A stretch of DNA of 64,000 nucleotides. Source: Flavobacteriales bacterium (GTDB taxonomy: Bacteria > Bacteroidota > Bacteroidia > Flavobacteriales_F > PHOS-HE28). The position numbers and the translations under genes are program-made. Location: assembly GCA_041391845.1 (NCBI GenBank), contig JAWKNG010000003.1, positions 85,829-149,828 on the forward strand, given 5' to 3'. The stretch's first letter is position 1; each line of letters starts with the position of its first letter. This document shows positions 34,661 through 42,878 of the stretch, piece after piece. The notes beneath the pieces are model-generated. The model searched no databases, was not told the origin of the DNA, and was given only the letters and a program-made list of their open reading frames with translations.

Positions 34661-35226
34661 TGCACAACCAATCGATCCGACCGAAGCATTTCTTCATTGG
34701 AAACACACTCCACCAGATATATCCCTTTCGAGAGCTGACGCGTATCGAGAACCACCTGACCTTGTGTCCCGTTCATCTGCTTGGATATCACTACTCTCCC
34801 AAACAGATCCTTCACCAAGATCTTTCCATTGATCGGCTCTTCGATCAACGTGTAGGTTAGGGTAGACCAAGTTTGAGCGGGGTTAGGGGCGAGCTGGATA
34901 ACATTTCGAACTATTTCCTCCAGGTTATTGCGAGCGCCCTGAAGATTTTTTTCTCCGCCAGTGTTGCCTCCCGTCCGTGGTGCTCGACATTCGTCGTAGT
35001 ACAGGCACAAAAGGTTACTGATCCAGTTCGCAGGTCGATCGTATTGCTCGACGATCAAGGCCTTCAGTTGGTTCACTTCGACAGTGGTCAGTTCATGCGC
35101 AGTCCGCCCAGTGTTAGCTGCGTTCTGCAGCAAGGTGATGTAATCCAACATCCGGAAGCGCTCCAGCTGTTCCAGGCTGATCCCTGCCCTGATGAGCGGC
35201 ATTGGCATGTCGCAAGATAAGACCAT
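34657..35226 (-). CDS. Small protein: conserved N-part (EQLERFRMLDYITLLQNAAN...) fused to a type-A T9SS CTD, copy 2
   Basis: 189 aa. The CTD is IQLAPNPAQTWSTLTYTL...GIYLVECVSNEEMLRSDRLVVQ. ATGA overlap with the downstream gene. The start lies 3 nt after the helicase stop. No obvious signal peptide. Confidence 0.6.
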   Translation of the reverse strand: MVLSCDMPMPLIRAGISLEQLERFRMLDYITLLQNAANTGRTAHELTTVEVNQLKALIVEQYDRPANWISNLLCLYYDECRAPRTGGNTGGEKNLQGARNNLEEIVRNVIQLAPNPAQTWSTLTYTLIEEPINGKILVKDLFGRVVISKQMNGTQGQVVLDTRQLSKGIYLVECVSNEEMLRSDRLVVQ

Positions 35227-35229
35227 CCC

Positions 35230-36687
35230 TCACTCATCCCCCCAGAACCGCCCATGGAAATTGAGCAGGTAGAGGGTGCTGCTGGCGCGGGTGACGGCGG
35301 TATAGAGCCAGCGCAGGTATTCGCGGTCCAACATCTCCTCGGTGACGTAGCCCTGGTCCACGAACACCGTAGACCATTGGCCGCCCTGGGCCTTGTGCGC
35401 GGTGACCGCATAACCGTATTTCACCTGTAGGGCATTGGCGTACGGGTCTTCGCGGAGGAACTTGTAGCGCGCCGACTTGGAGGTGAGGAGCTGGCCTTCC
35501 AGCACGCGCTCGGCCAACAGGCGTTGTTGCGCCATGGGCAGGGCGGGTGCTTCGATCGCCAACACATCGAGCATCACCTTGGTCTCCAGCTCCCGCTCCT
35601 CCTGCCCGCTCCACCACACCGCCGTGATGTCGGCGAAGCGCAGTCCATAACGCTCCTCCACGCCATGCACGCGGCGCACCTGGATGGGTTCACCGTTGGC
35701 GATGAGCCCGGGGCTGCCGTTGCGCCCGGCCCAGTAGTAGTTGTTCTTCACCACCATGAGGCGGTCGCCGCCACAGAGCTCCTCCTCGTAGCCATAGATG
35801 CGGGCACGCACCTGCTGGCCGTACTGGTAGGCGCGCTTGTTGCTGCGGGTGATGACGCACACCTCATCGGCCCCATCGCGGGCATACGCCTCCTCCAGCG
35901 CATCCTGCAGGTCGTAGCCGTCCACGCGGCGCACATCGGCGAAGGGTTGGAAGTGCGGCAGGTAGAGCGGGCTGCCGGCGGGGGGCGGTGCCTCCTCCGG
36001 GGTGGCCGGAGCGCTTTGGGCGAGCAGTTCACGTAGGGCGGTGGCGTTGCGCAGGATGCCCGATGCGCCCGTCTGCCGCACCACTTCGGTCATTTCCACC
36101 TGACCGGCGTTGAGGCCACGGCGCCGCAGTTCGGCCACCTCCAGCGCGGGGCTGTGGGGACTGCCCACCGGCGGCAGCTGGGCGGGATCACCGATGAGCA
36201 GGAGCTTGGTGCCGGGCGCACTGAACACATGCTCGAAGAGGTCGCTGAGCAGGTCGCGGCGGAAGAGCGCACCATCAGCGCCACCGTCCTCGCCGATCAT
36301 GGAGGCCTCGTCCACCACGAAGAGCGCGTTACTGTCCTTGTGGCCGGCCAGTCCGAAGCGCGCGTAGCCATCGTCATCGGCGGCGGCACGGTAGATGCGG
36401 CGGTGGATGGTGCTGGCGGTGGCCTGGGCGTAGCCACCGAGCACCTTGGCCGCGCGACCGGTGGGGGCGAGCAAGACCACGGGACGGCGTTCGGCCGCGA
36501 GCACCCGCACCAGGGCGCCCACAAGGGTGGTCTTGCCAGTGCCGGCATAGCCCTTGAGCACGAGGGTGGCCTGTGGCCGTTCGCTGTGCAGGAGGCGGTC
36601 CAGGGCCTGTGCGGCACGGCGCTGCCCGTCGGTGGGCGGGTGGCCCAGGGCGGCGAGGAGGCGGTCGGCGAGGGCCGGGGGTGGCAT
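35230..36687 (-). CDS. RecD-like superfamily-1 DNA helicase (AAA_30 / UvrD_C_2 type)
   Basis: 485 aa. Walker A GYAGTGKTT, Walker B LFVVDEASMI, and the C-terminal YAVTAHKAQGGQWSTVFV motif typical of RecD/TraA-like helicases. Confidence 0.85.
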   Translation of the reverse strand: MPPPALADRLLAALGHPPTDGQRRAAQALDRLLHSERPQATLVLKGYAGTGKTTLVGALVRVLAAERRPVVLLAPTGRAAKVLGGYAQATASTIHRRIYRAAADDDGYARFGLAGHKDSNALFVVDEASMIGEDGGADGALFRRDLLSDLFEHVFSAPGTKLLLIGDPAQLPPVGSPHSPALEVAELRRRGLNAGQVEMTEVVRQTGASGILRNATALRELLAQSAPATPEEAPPPAGSPLYLPHFQPFADVRRVDGYDLQDALEEAYARDGADEVCVITRSNKRAYQYGQQVRARIYGYEEELCGGDRLMVVKNNYYWAGRNGSPGLIANGEPIQVRRVHGVEERYGLRFADITAVWWSGQEERELETKVMLDVLAIEAPALPMAQQRLLAERVLEGQLLTSKSARYKFLREDPYANALQVKYGYAVTAHKAQGGQWSTVFVDQGYVTEEMLDREYLRWLYTAVTRASSTLYLLNFHGRFWGDE

Positions 36688-36700
36688 GGGGCGGGGAAGG

Positions 36701-36840
36701 TACGGGCCCTTCGAGAGCCTCAGGGCCCTCCCGAGAGCCTCAGGGCCCTCCCGAGAGCCTCAGGGCCCTCCCGAGAGCCTCAGGGCCCTCCCGAGAGCCT
36801 CAGGGCCCTGCCGAGAGCCTCAGGACCTTACCCAGATCAA
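36701..36840. repeat. 20-bp tandem repeat CAGGGCCCTCCCGAGAGCCT: 4 perfect copies, 1 copy with one mismatch, and degenerate flanking copies
   Basis: Perfect copies at 36721, 36741, 36761 and 36781. The copy at 36801 has one C-to-G change. Degenerate copies at 36701 and 36821. Each unit contains the 8-bp palindrome AGGGCCCT. The array starts about 14-24 nt upstream of the helicase ATG (36687, minus strand). Confidence 0.9.
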
Positions 36841-36945
36841 GGACCGAGCATATTCTTAGGGCCGTTGGTGGGCCGGTATGGGCCGGAGGTGGGGCCGTGG
36901 GCGCCGTGTCCTGAGCGGTCGGATCCGGTGAAGCACCCTTTCTGT

Positions 36946-36953
36946 TACTTTTG
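36946..36953 (+). promoter_or_regulatory. Candidate Bacteroidota -7 promoter element (TAnnTTTG)
   Basis: TACTTTTG lies 24 nt upstream of ATG 36977. No convincing -33 TTTG partner was seen. Confidence 0.3.
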
Positions 36954-36976
36954 GCCGCCGCACAAGGAACATCCCG

Positions 36977-37729
36977 ATGAAGCAGCTCGCGTCCTACATC
37001 TTCCCCCTTATCCTGACACTGCTCGGCGCCACCCTTCTGGTGGTGGGTGCCATGCAAGGGCAGAACAGCTGGGTGCTGCTCGGCTCGGGCATCGTGCTGA
37101 TCATCGGCGTGCTGTCGCTGCTCCTGCAGGCGGGGCTCGTCACCCGCAAAGTGGGCACCATCCTCGGCATTCTCTTCGCCCTGGGTGCCGTGGTGCTGGC
37201 TTATCGCAACTACCGCTCGGTGAAGGAAGTGCTGGAGTTCACTGAACGCAAGAAGGCCAACGACAGCCTGATCATCCAAGGTCTGAAGGACATCCGCACG
37301 GCCCAGATCGGCTACCGCCAGGCCAACGGCGTGTACACCGGCAACATGGAGGTGCTGCGCAGCTTCGTGAAGAGCGGCACCATCCCCATGGTCCGCTCGG
37401 TGGGCCAGGTGCCCGACACCCTCACGGAGATCGATGCCTTGAACCTGGGTATCATCGTTCGCGACACACTGCTGGCTCCCGCGCTGGACAGCCTGTTCCT
37501 CAACGCACGCGCCCAGGAAGGCCGCACCTACCCCTTCGATGCGAACACCTTCGGCCTCTCGCCGGTGAGCAAGCAGCCCTACCTGCTACAGGCCGGCAGC
37601 ATTTCCAGCAGCAACCGCAACGTGCCGGTGTTCCTGGCCAAGGATCCCACCCCCATGGTAGCTGGCGATACGTTGATGGTGGGCAACATGGAGAAGCAGA
37701 GCACCGCGGGCAACTGGACCGGCGAATAA
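36977..37729 (+). CDS. Hypothetical membrane protein (3 predicted N-terminal TM helices)
   Basis: 250 aa. Hydrophobic N-terminus YIFPLILTLLGATLLVVGA, WVLLGSGIVLIIGVLSLLL, ILGILFALGAVVLAY. No recognisable catalytic motifs. Confidence 0.6.
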   Translation: MKQLASYIFPLILTLLGATLLVVGAMQGQNSWVLLGSGIVLIIGVLSLLLQAGLVTRKVGTILGILFALGAVVLAYRNYRSVKEVLEFTERKKANDSLIIQGLKDIRTAQIGYRQANGVYTGNMEVLRSFVKSGTIPMVRSVGQVPDTLTEIDALNLGIIVRDTLLAPALDSLFLNARAQEGRTYPFDANTFGLSPVSKQPYLLQAGSISSSNRNVPVFLAKDPTPMVAGDTLMVGNMEKQSTAGNWTGE

Positions 37730-37733
37730 GGCC

Positions 37734-38534
37734 ATGGACCGCGGGAGCTCCACGACCTCCCGGTACGCACCGGACCAGGAGCGCAGTCACCACCTGAGCC
37801 TGCTCATCGGGCAGGAATGGAGCGCGTGGTCGGCCCACCATGTGGAGCACGGCACCGTGGAAGCGCTCTGCTGGGGCAAGAACGACCAGGCCCTGCGGGA
37901 TGACCTGTTGCCTCAGGCGCCCCTCTCGGTGTCCTTCGTATCGCTGCCTGAATGGAGCACGCTGGTGCCCGATGCCGCGCTGCTGCCCGGATCCGAAGCA
38001 CAGCATCTGAAGCTCGTACACGGTGGCATTCCCACGGGCGCCATGCGCGATGAACCCATCGCCTCGCTCGCGGCCACCTGCATCTACGTGCACGACGACC
38101 TCGCCGAGCGGGCCGTGCTGCAACGCTTCCCGCATGCGCGCGCACTGCCGCTGCACGGGGTGCTGCTGCGCGCCGCCGAAGCCCGCCACGGCACCACCCC
38201 GCTGGTGTTGGCGCACCGCAGCGCGGATCGGCTCGATGTGCATGTGATGCGCGAAGGGCGGCTGGTGCTGAGCAACTCCTACCCCGCCCGTTCGGTGCAT
38301 GATGTGCTGTACTTCATCCTGCTGGCCGCCGATGTCACCGCGCTGGACCCACAGACCGCAGAGGTGCAGCTGTGCGGCACCCACATTGGCAAGGCCGATC
38401 TGGACCTGGTGCGGCGCTATTTCCCCTTCTGCATCCCCGCGTCAGGGCCGGGCTGGAGCGAACTGAAGCCCGCCGTGGGCACCGCTCCCGAACGCTGGCT
38501 CGCCGCACTTGAGCAATTCGCATGCGTATCGTAG
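37734..38534 (+). CDS. Hypothetical protein, possibly DUF3822 family
   Basis: 266 aa. Its position immediately upstream of, and overlapping, rsmD is typical for DUF3822 in Bacteroidota. The family assignment is from memory of sequence pattern and synteny only. Confidence 0.45.
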   Translation: MDRGSSTTSRYAPDQERSHHLSLLIGQEWSAWSAHHVEHGTVEALCWGKNDQALRDDLLPQAPLSVSFVSLPEWSTLVPDAALLPGSEAQHLKLVHGGIPTGAMRDEPIASLAATCIYVHDDLAERAVLQRFPHARALPLHGVLLRAAEARHGTTPLVLAHRSADRLDVHVMREGRLVLSNSYPARSVHDVLYFILLAADVTALDPQTAEVQLCGTHIGKADLDLVRRYFPFCIPASGPGWSELKPAVGTAPERWLAALEQFACVS

Positions 38535-39058
38535 GAGGCCGCTTCCGCAACCGCCGCCTCGATCCGCCCAAGCAGATGGAGGCCCGGCCCACCACCGACT
38601 TCGCCAAGGAGGGGCTCTTCAACGTGCTGCAGCATGGCTACGCACTGGAGGACATCCGCGTGCTCGACCTCTTCGCTGGCACGGGCAACATCTCCCTGGA
38701 GTTCCTCTCGCGCGGTGCGGTGGAAGTGACCAGCGTGGAACAGGACCGCACGCTGCTGGCCTTCATGCAACGCACCGCCAAGACGCTGGAGCTGGAGAAG
38801 CAATGGCGCATCGTGAAGGGCGACGTCTTCGCCTTCCTCGACAAGCACCGCGGTCGTTACGACATCGTCTTCGCCGACCCGCCGTTCTTCCTGGATGGCG
38901 TGGACCGCATCCCTGAGCTGGTGCGATCGGCAGGGTTGTTGGAGGAGGGTGGTGTGTTGATCCTGGAGCACTACGAACGCATCGACCTCAGCGCACTGCC
39001 CGGTTACCAACGCACACGCACCTACGGCACCGTTCACTTCAGCTTCTTCGGACCGTAG
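38522..39058 (+). CDS. rsmD: 16S rRNA (guanine966-N2)-methyltransferase
   Basis: 178 aa. MRIVGGRFRNRRL, RPTTDFAKEGLFNVL, DLFAGTGNISLE, DIVFADPPF. Confidence 0.85.
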   Translation: MRIVGGRFRNRRLDPPKQMEARPTTDFAKEGLFNVLQHGYALEDIRVLDLFAGTGNISLEFLSRGAVEVTSVEQDRTLLAFMQRTAKTLELEKQWRIVKGDVFAFLDKHRGRYDIVFADPPFFLDGVDRIPELVRSAGLLEEGGVLILEHYERIDLSALPGYQRTRTYGTVHFSFFGP

Positions 39059-39098
39059 GCGCGTTCGCACACCGTACCTTTCGCTCTCACCGAACGCC

Positions 39099-39560
39099 AT
39101 GGAACGACCGATCGCCGTATTCCCGGGCACCTTCGACCCCATCACCGTGGGGCACGTCTCCATCGTGGAGCGCGCACTACCGCTGTTCGCGCGGATCATC
39201 GTGGGCATGGGCGTGAACACCAGCAAGCAGACCCTCTTCCCGGTGGAGCAGCGTGCCGCGTGGATCCGCGAGGCCTTCGCCGCACACCCGCAGGTGGAGG
39301 TGATGCCCTTCGAGGGTCTTACGGTGGACCTCTGCAAGCGCATGGGGGCCCGCTTCATCCTGCGCGGTCTGCGCAACAGCACCGACCATGGCTACGAGCG
39401 CAGCATCGCCTTGATGAACCGCCAGCTCTCCGGCGTGGAGACCCTGTTCCTGCCCAGCGCACCGGAACATGCGCACATCAGCAGCACCATCGTGCGCGAG
39501 CTCTACACCAATAAGGCCGACGTATCTGCGTTGGTACCGATGCGCCTCCTTCCGCGCTGA
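39099..39560 (+). CDS. coaD: Phosphopantetheine adenylyltransferase
   Basis: 153 aa. IAVFPGTFDPITVGHVSIVERA, and ISSTIVREL near the C-terminus. Confidence 0.95.
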   Translation: MERPIAVFPGTFDPITVGHVSIVERALPLFARIIVGMGVNTSKQTLFPVEQRAAWIREAFAAHPQVEVMPFEGLTVDLCKRMGARFILRGLRNSTDHGYERSIALMNRQLSGVETLFLPSAPEHAHISSTIVRELYTNKADVSALVPMRLLPR

Positions 39561-39561
39561 G

Positions 39562-41112
39562 ATGTTCGTGCGCACCCTGCTCACCGCCCTGCTCCTCGCC
39601 TGCTCCCTGAGCGGAACGGCGGGGTCGTTCACCGTGTTGGTGGAGGCCGGCGGTCTGGGTGCCGACGTGGTGAGCCTGTACCGCGTGAACGACCTGTGGA
39701 CCCTGCGCAGCACGCCCATTGCGCGGGCCCTGCTGGATGCGAACGGTCGGGCGACGCTCACGGGTGACCTTCCTGAAGGCAGCACCCACCGCATGCAATT
39801 GCGCGTGGGCGATGCAGCAGCCGAGCTCTACCTGCGCGCGGGCAGTGCGTTACAGGTGCGGGTGCTGCCACCCACCGGCGCGCGCAGCCTCAGCGGCACC
39901 ACCAAGCTGGGCCTGGAGTTCATCGACCTTTCGCCCTTGGATGTGAACGCACTTGTCGCCGACCTTAACGAGCGCGTGGACGCCTTCATCGCCGAGGACC
40001 TCGCCACTGACCGGGTCGCGGGTATGCAGGCGGCGGAAGTGACGCGACGCAGCGGCGGCGCACGCGATAGCACCCGACGGCCACCCACCCTGTTCGTCAT
40101 TCCCGAACTGAGCGAACAGCGCCTCGACACCTTCGAGCTGAAGCTGCGTCGCTTCTATCGCGAAGTGAACGACCCGTGGTTCGAGGCCTACCTGCACTTC
40201 AGCATGGCGGGCTTGCGCCAGGGCCCACGGGCGAACGACAAGGCCATCCACGAACGGTACCTGAAGGATGCCACCGTGCGCTACGACAACCCGGAGCAGG
40301 TGCGCTTCCTGCGCAGCTTCTTCGCCGATCTGCTGCAGGGCCAGGTGGTGCGCGACCAGGGCGATACGTTGCGCAAGGCCCTGCAACGCGCCGATCTTGC
40401 CGAACTGCGACGCATGGTGCAGCGCAACGACTTCCTGCGCGACAACGAACGGCTGAGCGAGCTGGTATTGCTGGACCAGCTCTACCTGCTCCACCCCGGC
40501 AAGCTGCTGGACCGCGCGGCCATCCTGCGCACGCTGGATAGCGCAGCTCAACATTCACCCTACACCGAGCACCGCACGCTGGCGGCCAACATGCGCTGGG
40601 ACCTGAGCGCCATGCGGGCCGGTGAAGCCTTGCCGCCGGTGCGCGTGGTGGACGAGCGCGACCGTCCGGTGGCAATGGACAGTCTGTTGCAAGGGCCGGT
40701 ATGCCTGGCCGTCACCGCCACGTGGTGTACGTATTGCAGCGTGGAGATGGCTGCGCTGGAGCAACTGAAGAAGGACAACGGCGATGCCGTGCGCATCATC
40801 GTCATTGCGCTGGACAGTTCGGCCACGGCGCTGCGCAGCTACCGCAAGGCCCATCCCGGTCAGGACTTCATCTGGTTGCGCGCCCTGGCGGACCAGGAAT
40901 TGCGCGAACAGTTGCGGTTGCGCAGCATCCCCACGTTCTACGTGCTGAACGATGCCGTACTGGCCCGTTCACCGGCGCCACTTCCCAGCCAGGGTTTGGG
41001 CGCACTCTTCCACCGCGCCGGTGTGGAGCGCGAACGCGACGGCAGCATCAAGGTGTGGGAGGAGCCGGAAGGGATCAAGCAGCGGAATACCACTGCTCCC
41101 ACGCCGCGATGA
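39562..41112 (+). CDS. Secreted thioredoxin-fold (TlpA/AhpC-TSA-like) protein with a large N-terminal domain
   Basis: Start moved to ATG 39562 (MFVRTLLTALLLACSLSGTAG). The C-terminal domain has ATWCTYC (CxxC) and SIPTFYVLN. The 3' end overlaps the convergent NUDIX gene by 38 nt. Confidence 0.7.
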   Translation: MFVRTLLTALLLACSLSGTAGSFTVLVEAGGLGADVVSLYRVNDLWTLRSTPIARALLDANGRATLTGDLPEGSTHRMQLRVGDAAAELYLRAGSALQVRVLPPTGARSLSGTTKLGLEFIDLSPLDVNALVADLNERVDAFIAEDLATDRVAGMQAAEVTRRSGGARDSTRRPPTLFVIPELSEQRLDTFELKLRRFYREVNDPWFEAYLHFSMAGLRQGPRANDKAIHERYLKDATVRYDNPEQVRFLRSFFADLLQGQVVRDQGDTLRKALQRADLAELRRMVQRNDFLRDNERLSELVLLDQLYLLHPGKLLDRAAILRTLDSAAQHSPYTEHRTLAANMRWDLSAMRAGEALPPVRVVDERDRPVAMDSLLQGPVCLAVTATWCTYCSVEMAALEQLKKDNGDAVRIIVIALDSSATALRSYRKAHPGQDFIWLRALADQELREQLRLRSIPTFYVLNDAVLARSPAPLPSQGLGALFHRAGVERERDGSIKVWEEPEGIKQRNTTAPTPR

Positions 41113-41708
41113 CCGGCAGCAGCGAGGGGTAGGTATCCGCCTTCATCGCCGCCACTTCGGCCGCGGTCATCCAGCGCACGTCGGTGATGTCCTCTTCCAG
41201 TTGTGGTGCCAGCACTTCATCCGCTGTGCCTTGCATGAGGAACCAGTCGGTGCGCTTGAGGTGTTGGCGGCCCTTGCGTTCGTAGGTGTGCCAGGTGACC
41301 GGCAGGGTCTCGATGATGCGCAGCTCCTGCAGGCCGCACTCTTCGCGCACCTCACGCAAGGCGGCCGCTTCGATGCCTTCACCCTTGTCCACCTTGCCTT
41401 TGGGCAGGTCCCACTTGCCCAAGCGGCGGATGGCGAGCACGGCCTTGTTCATCCACCACGGCACCACCGGCGGCCTGCACAGGCACATGTGCCTCCCGGA
41501 GCATTTCCCAAAGCGCGTCGGCGCCCGGTCCGAAGGCGCAGACCCCGGTAAGACGGGTGCCGCTTCGCAATCGGGCGAGCACTTCGGAGAGGTCTTGTGC
41601 GTTATGGATATGGACGGGTTGCAACGCCCGCTCCGCAGCGGGTGCAGCGTTGCCATCCACCAGGACCAAGGGAAGACCCTCGATGAAAACCTCGTACCTT
41701 CGTGGCAT
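41075..41708 (-). pseudogene. NUDIX hydrolase with one frame break between the N-terminal part and the Nudix box
   Basis: The frame of ORF 41379..41795 gives MPRRYEVFIEGLPLVLV...VQAAGGAVV. The frame of ORF 41075..41656 continues NKAVLAIRRLGKWDLPKGKVDKGEGIEAAALREVREECGL (Nudix box). The join is at about 41455..41470. Confidence 0.65.
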
Positions 41709-42357
41709 GCCTTCGCAGCTCGATCCGGCGCTGAAAGTCGCTGAATTCCTCCTCCAGATCAAGGCCGTCAAACTTAGCCCGAAAAAGCCCTTCACGTGGG
41801 CCAGCGGGTGGAAGAGCCCGATCTATTGCGACAACCGCAAGACCCTCTCCTACCCTGCCGTACGCACCTTCATCCGCCAGCAGTTCGTGCACGTCATCAA
41901 CAGCGAGTTCGGCCGACCGGACATGATCGCGGGGGTGGCCACGGGCGGCATTGCGCACGGTGCGCTGGTGGCGCACGACATGGGCCTGCCCTTCCTCTAT
42001 GTGCGCAGCGACGCCAAGGGCCACGGACTGAAGAACCAGGTGGAGGGCGACCTTACCGTGGGGCGCAGCGTAGTGGTGGTGGAAGACCTGGTGAGCACCG
42101 GCAAGAGCAGCCTCAACGCCGTGCATGCCTTGCGCGACGCGGGTTGCGAGGTGAAGGGCATGGTGAGCATCTTCACCTATGGCTTCGAGGAAGCGAAGAA
42201 GGCCTTCGCCATCGAGAAAGTGAACCTGCACGCCCTGACCAACTACAGCCTGTTGTTGGATCAGGCCTTGCGCAGCGACTACATCACGGAGAAGGACCTG
42301 CTCTCGCTCAACGAGTGGCGCAAGGACCCGGCGGGTTGGGATGTGGTGAGCGCGTGA
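41707..42357 (+). CDS. pyrE: Orotate phosphoribosyltransferase
   Basis: PFTWASGWKSPIYCDNR and the PRPP-binding motif VVVVEDLVSTGKSS. Start chosen at ATG 41707 (MPSQLDPALKVAEFLLQ); ATG 41683 is an alternative. Confidence 0.9.
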   Translation: MPSQLDPALKVAEFLLQIKAVKLSPKKPFTWASGWKSPIYCDNRKTLSYPAVRTFIRQQFVHVINSEFGRPDMIAGVATGGIAHGALVAHDMGLPFLYVRSDAKGHGLKNQVEGDLTVGRSVVVVEDLVSTGKSSLNAVHALRDAGCEVKGMVSIFTYGFEEAKKAFAIEKVNLHALTNYSLLLDQALRSDYITEKDLLSLNEWRKDPAGWDVVSA

Positions 42358-42437
42358 GTCCATTAGCTCGGTAGTAAGGCCGCTTCCCACTTCGTTCCTC
42401 GCGGTTCGCAGTGACCGGCTTCGATAAGAACAATCAG

Positions 42438-42839
42438 ATGACAACGATCGAGAGCAAGCACGTGGAGATCGGCAAGGATGCACAGACCTTGTACGACTTC
42501 CTGCAGGACATGAACAACTTCCAACAACTGTTGCCGCAGGACCGCATCAGCGAGTGGAAGAGCGATGGGCGCTCATGCTCCTTCAAGGTGCAGGGCGCGG
42601 CCACGATCGGCTTGGAACTGGACGGCGGTACACCACCGCATCACCTGCGCTTGAAAGCCACCGACCGCAGTCCCTTCCCCTTCACCCTGAACGTGCACCT
42701 GAAGGAAGGCCCCAATGGCACGGAGGCGTGGCAACAGTTCGAGGGCGACATCAACCCCTTCATCAAGATGATGGTGGAGAAGCCGCTGAAGAACCTCTTC
42801 GACCACATCGCTGACCGGGTGAAGGCGATCCACGGGTAA
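42438..42839 (+). CDS. SRPBCC (START/polyketide-cyclase-like) family protein
   Basis: About 133 aa from ATG 42438 (the track ORF uses GTG 42411). The size and its position after pyrE are typical. No catalytic motif, so the assignment is by pattern only. Confidence 0.5.
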   Translation: MTTIESKHVEIGKDAQTLYDFLQDMNNFQQLLPQDRISEWKSDGRSCSFKVQGAATIGLELDGGTPPHHLRLKATDRSPFPFTLNVHLKEGPNGTEAWQQFEGDINPFIKMMVEKPLKNLFDHIADRVKAIHG

Positions 42840-42878
42840 GGCCTATCCAGGAGTTGGTCGCTGGCCGCTCCACAGCAC

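Noticed and set aside
36554-36914. ORFs running through the 20-bp repeat (for example 36573..36914, translating ..PRASGPSREPQGPPESLRAL.. repeats)
   Set aside because: All three frames are open only because of the repeat. There is no convincing start context or domain, and the ORFs overlap the helicase 5' end in antisense. I treat the region as non-coding repeat.
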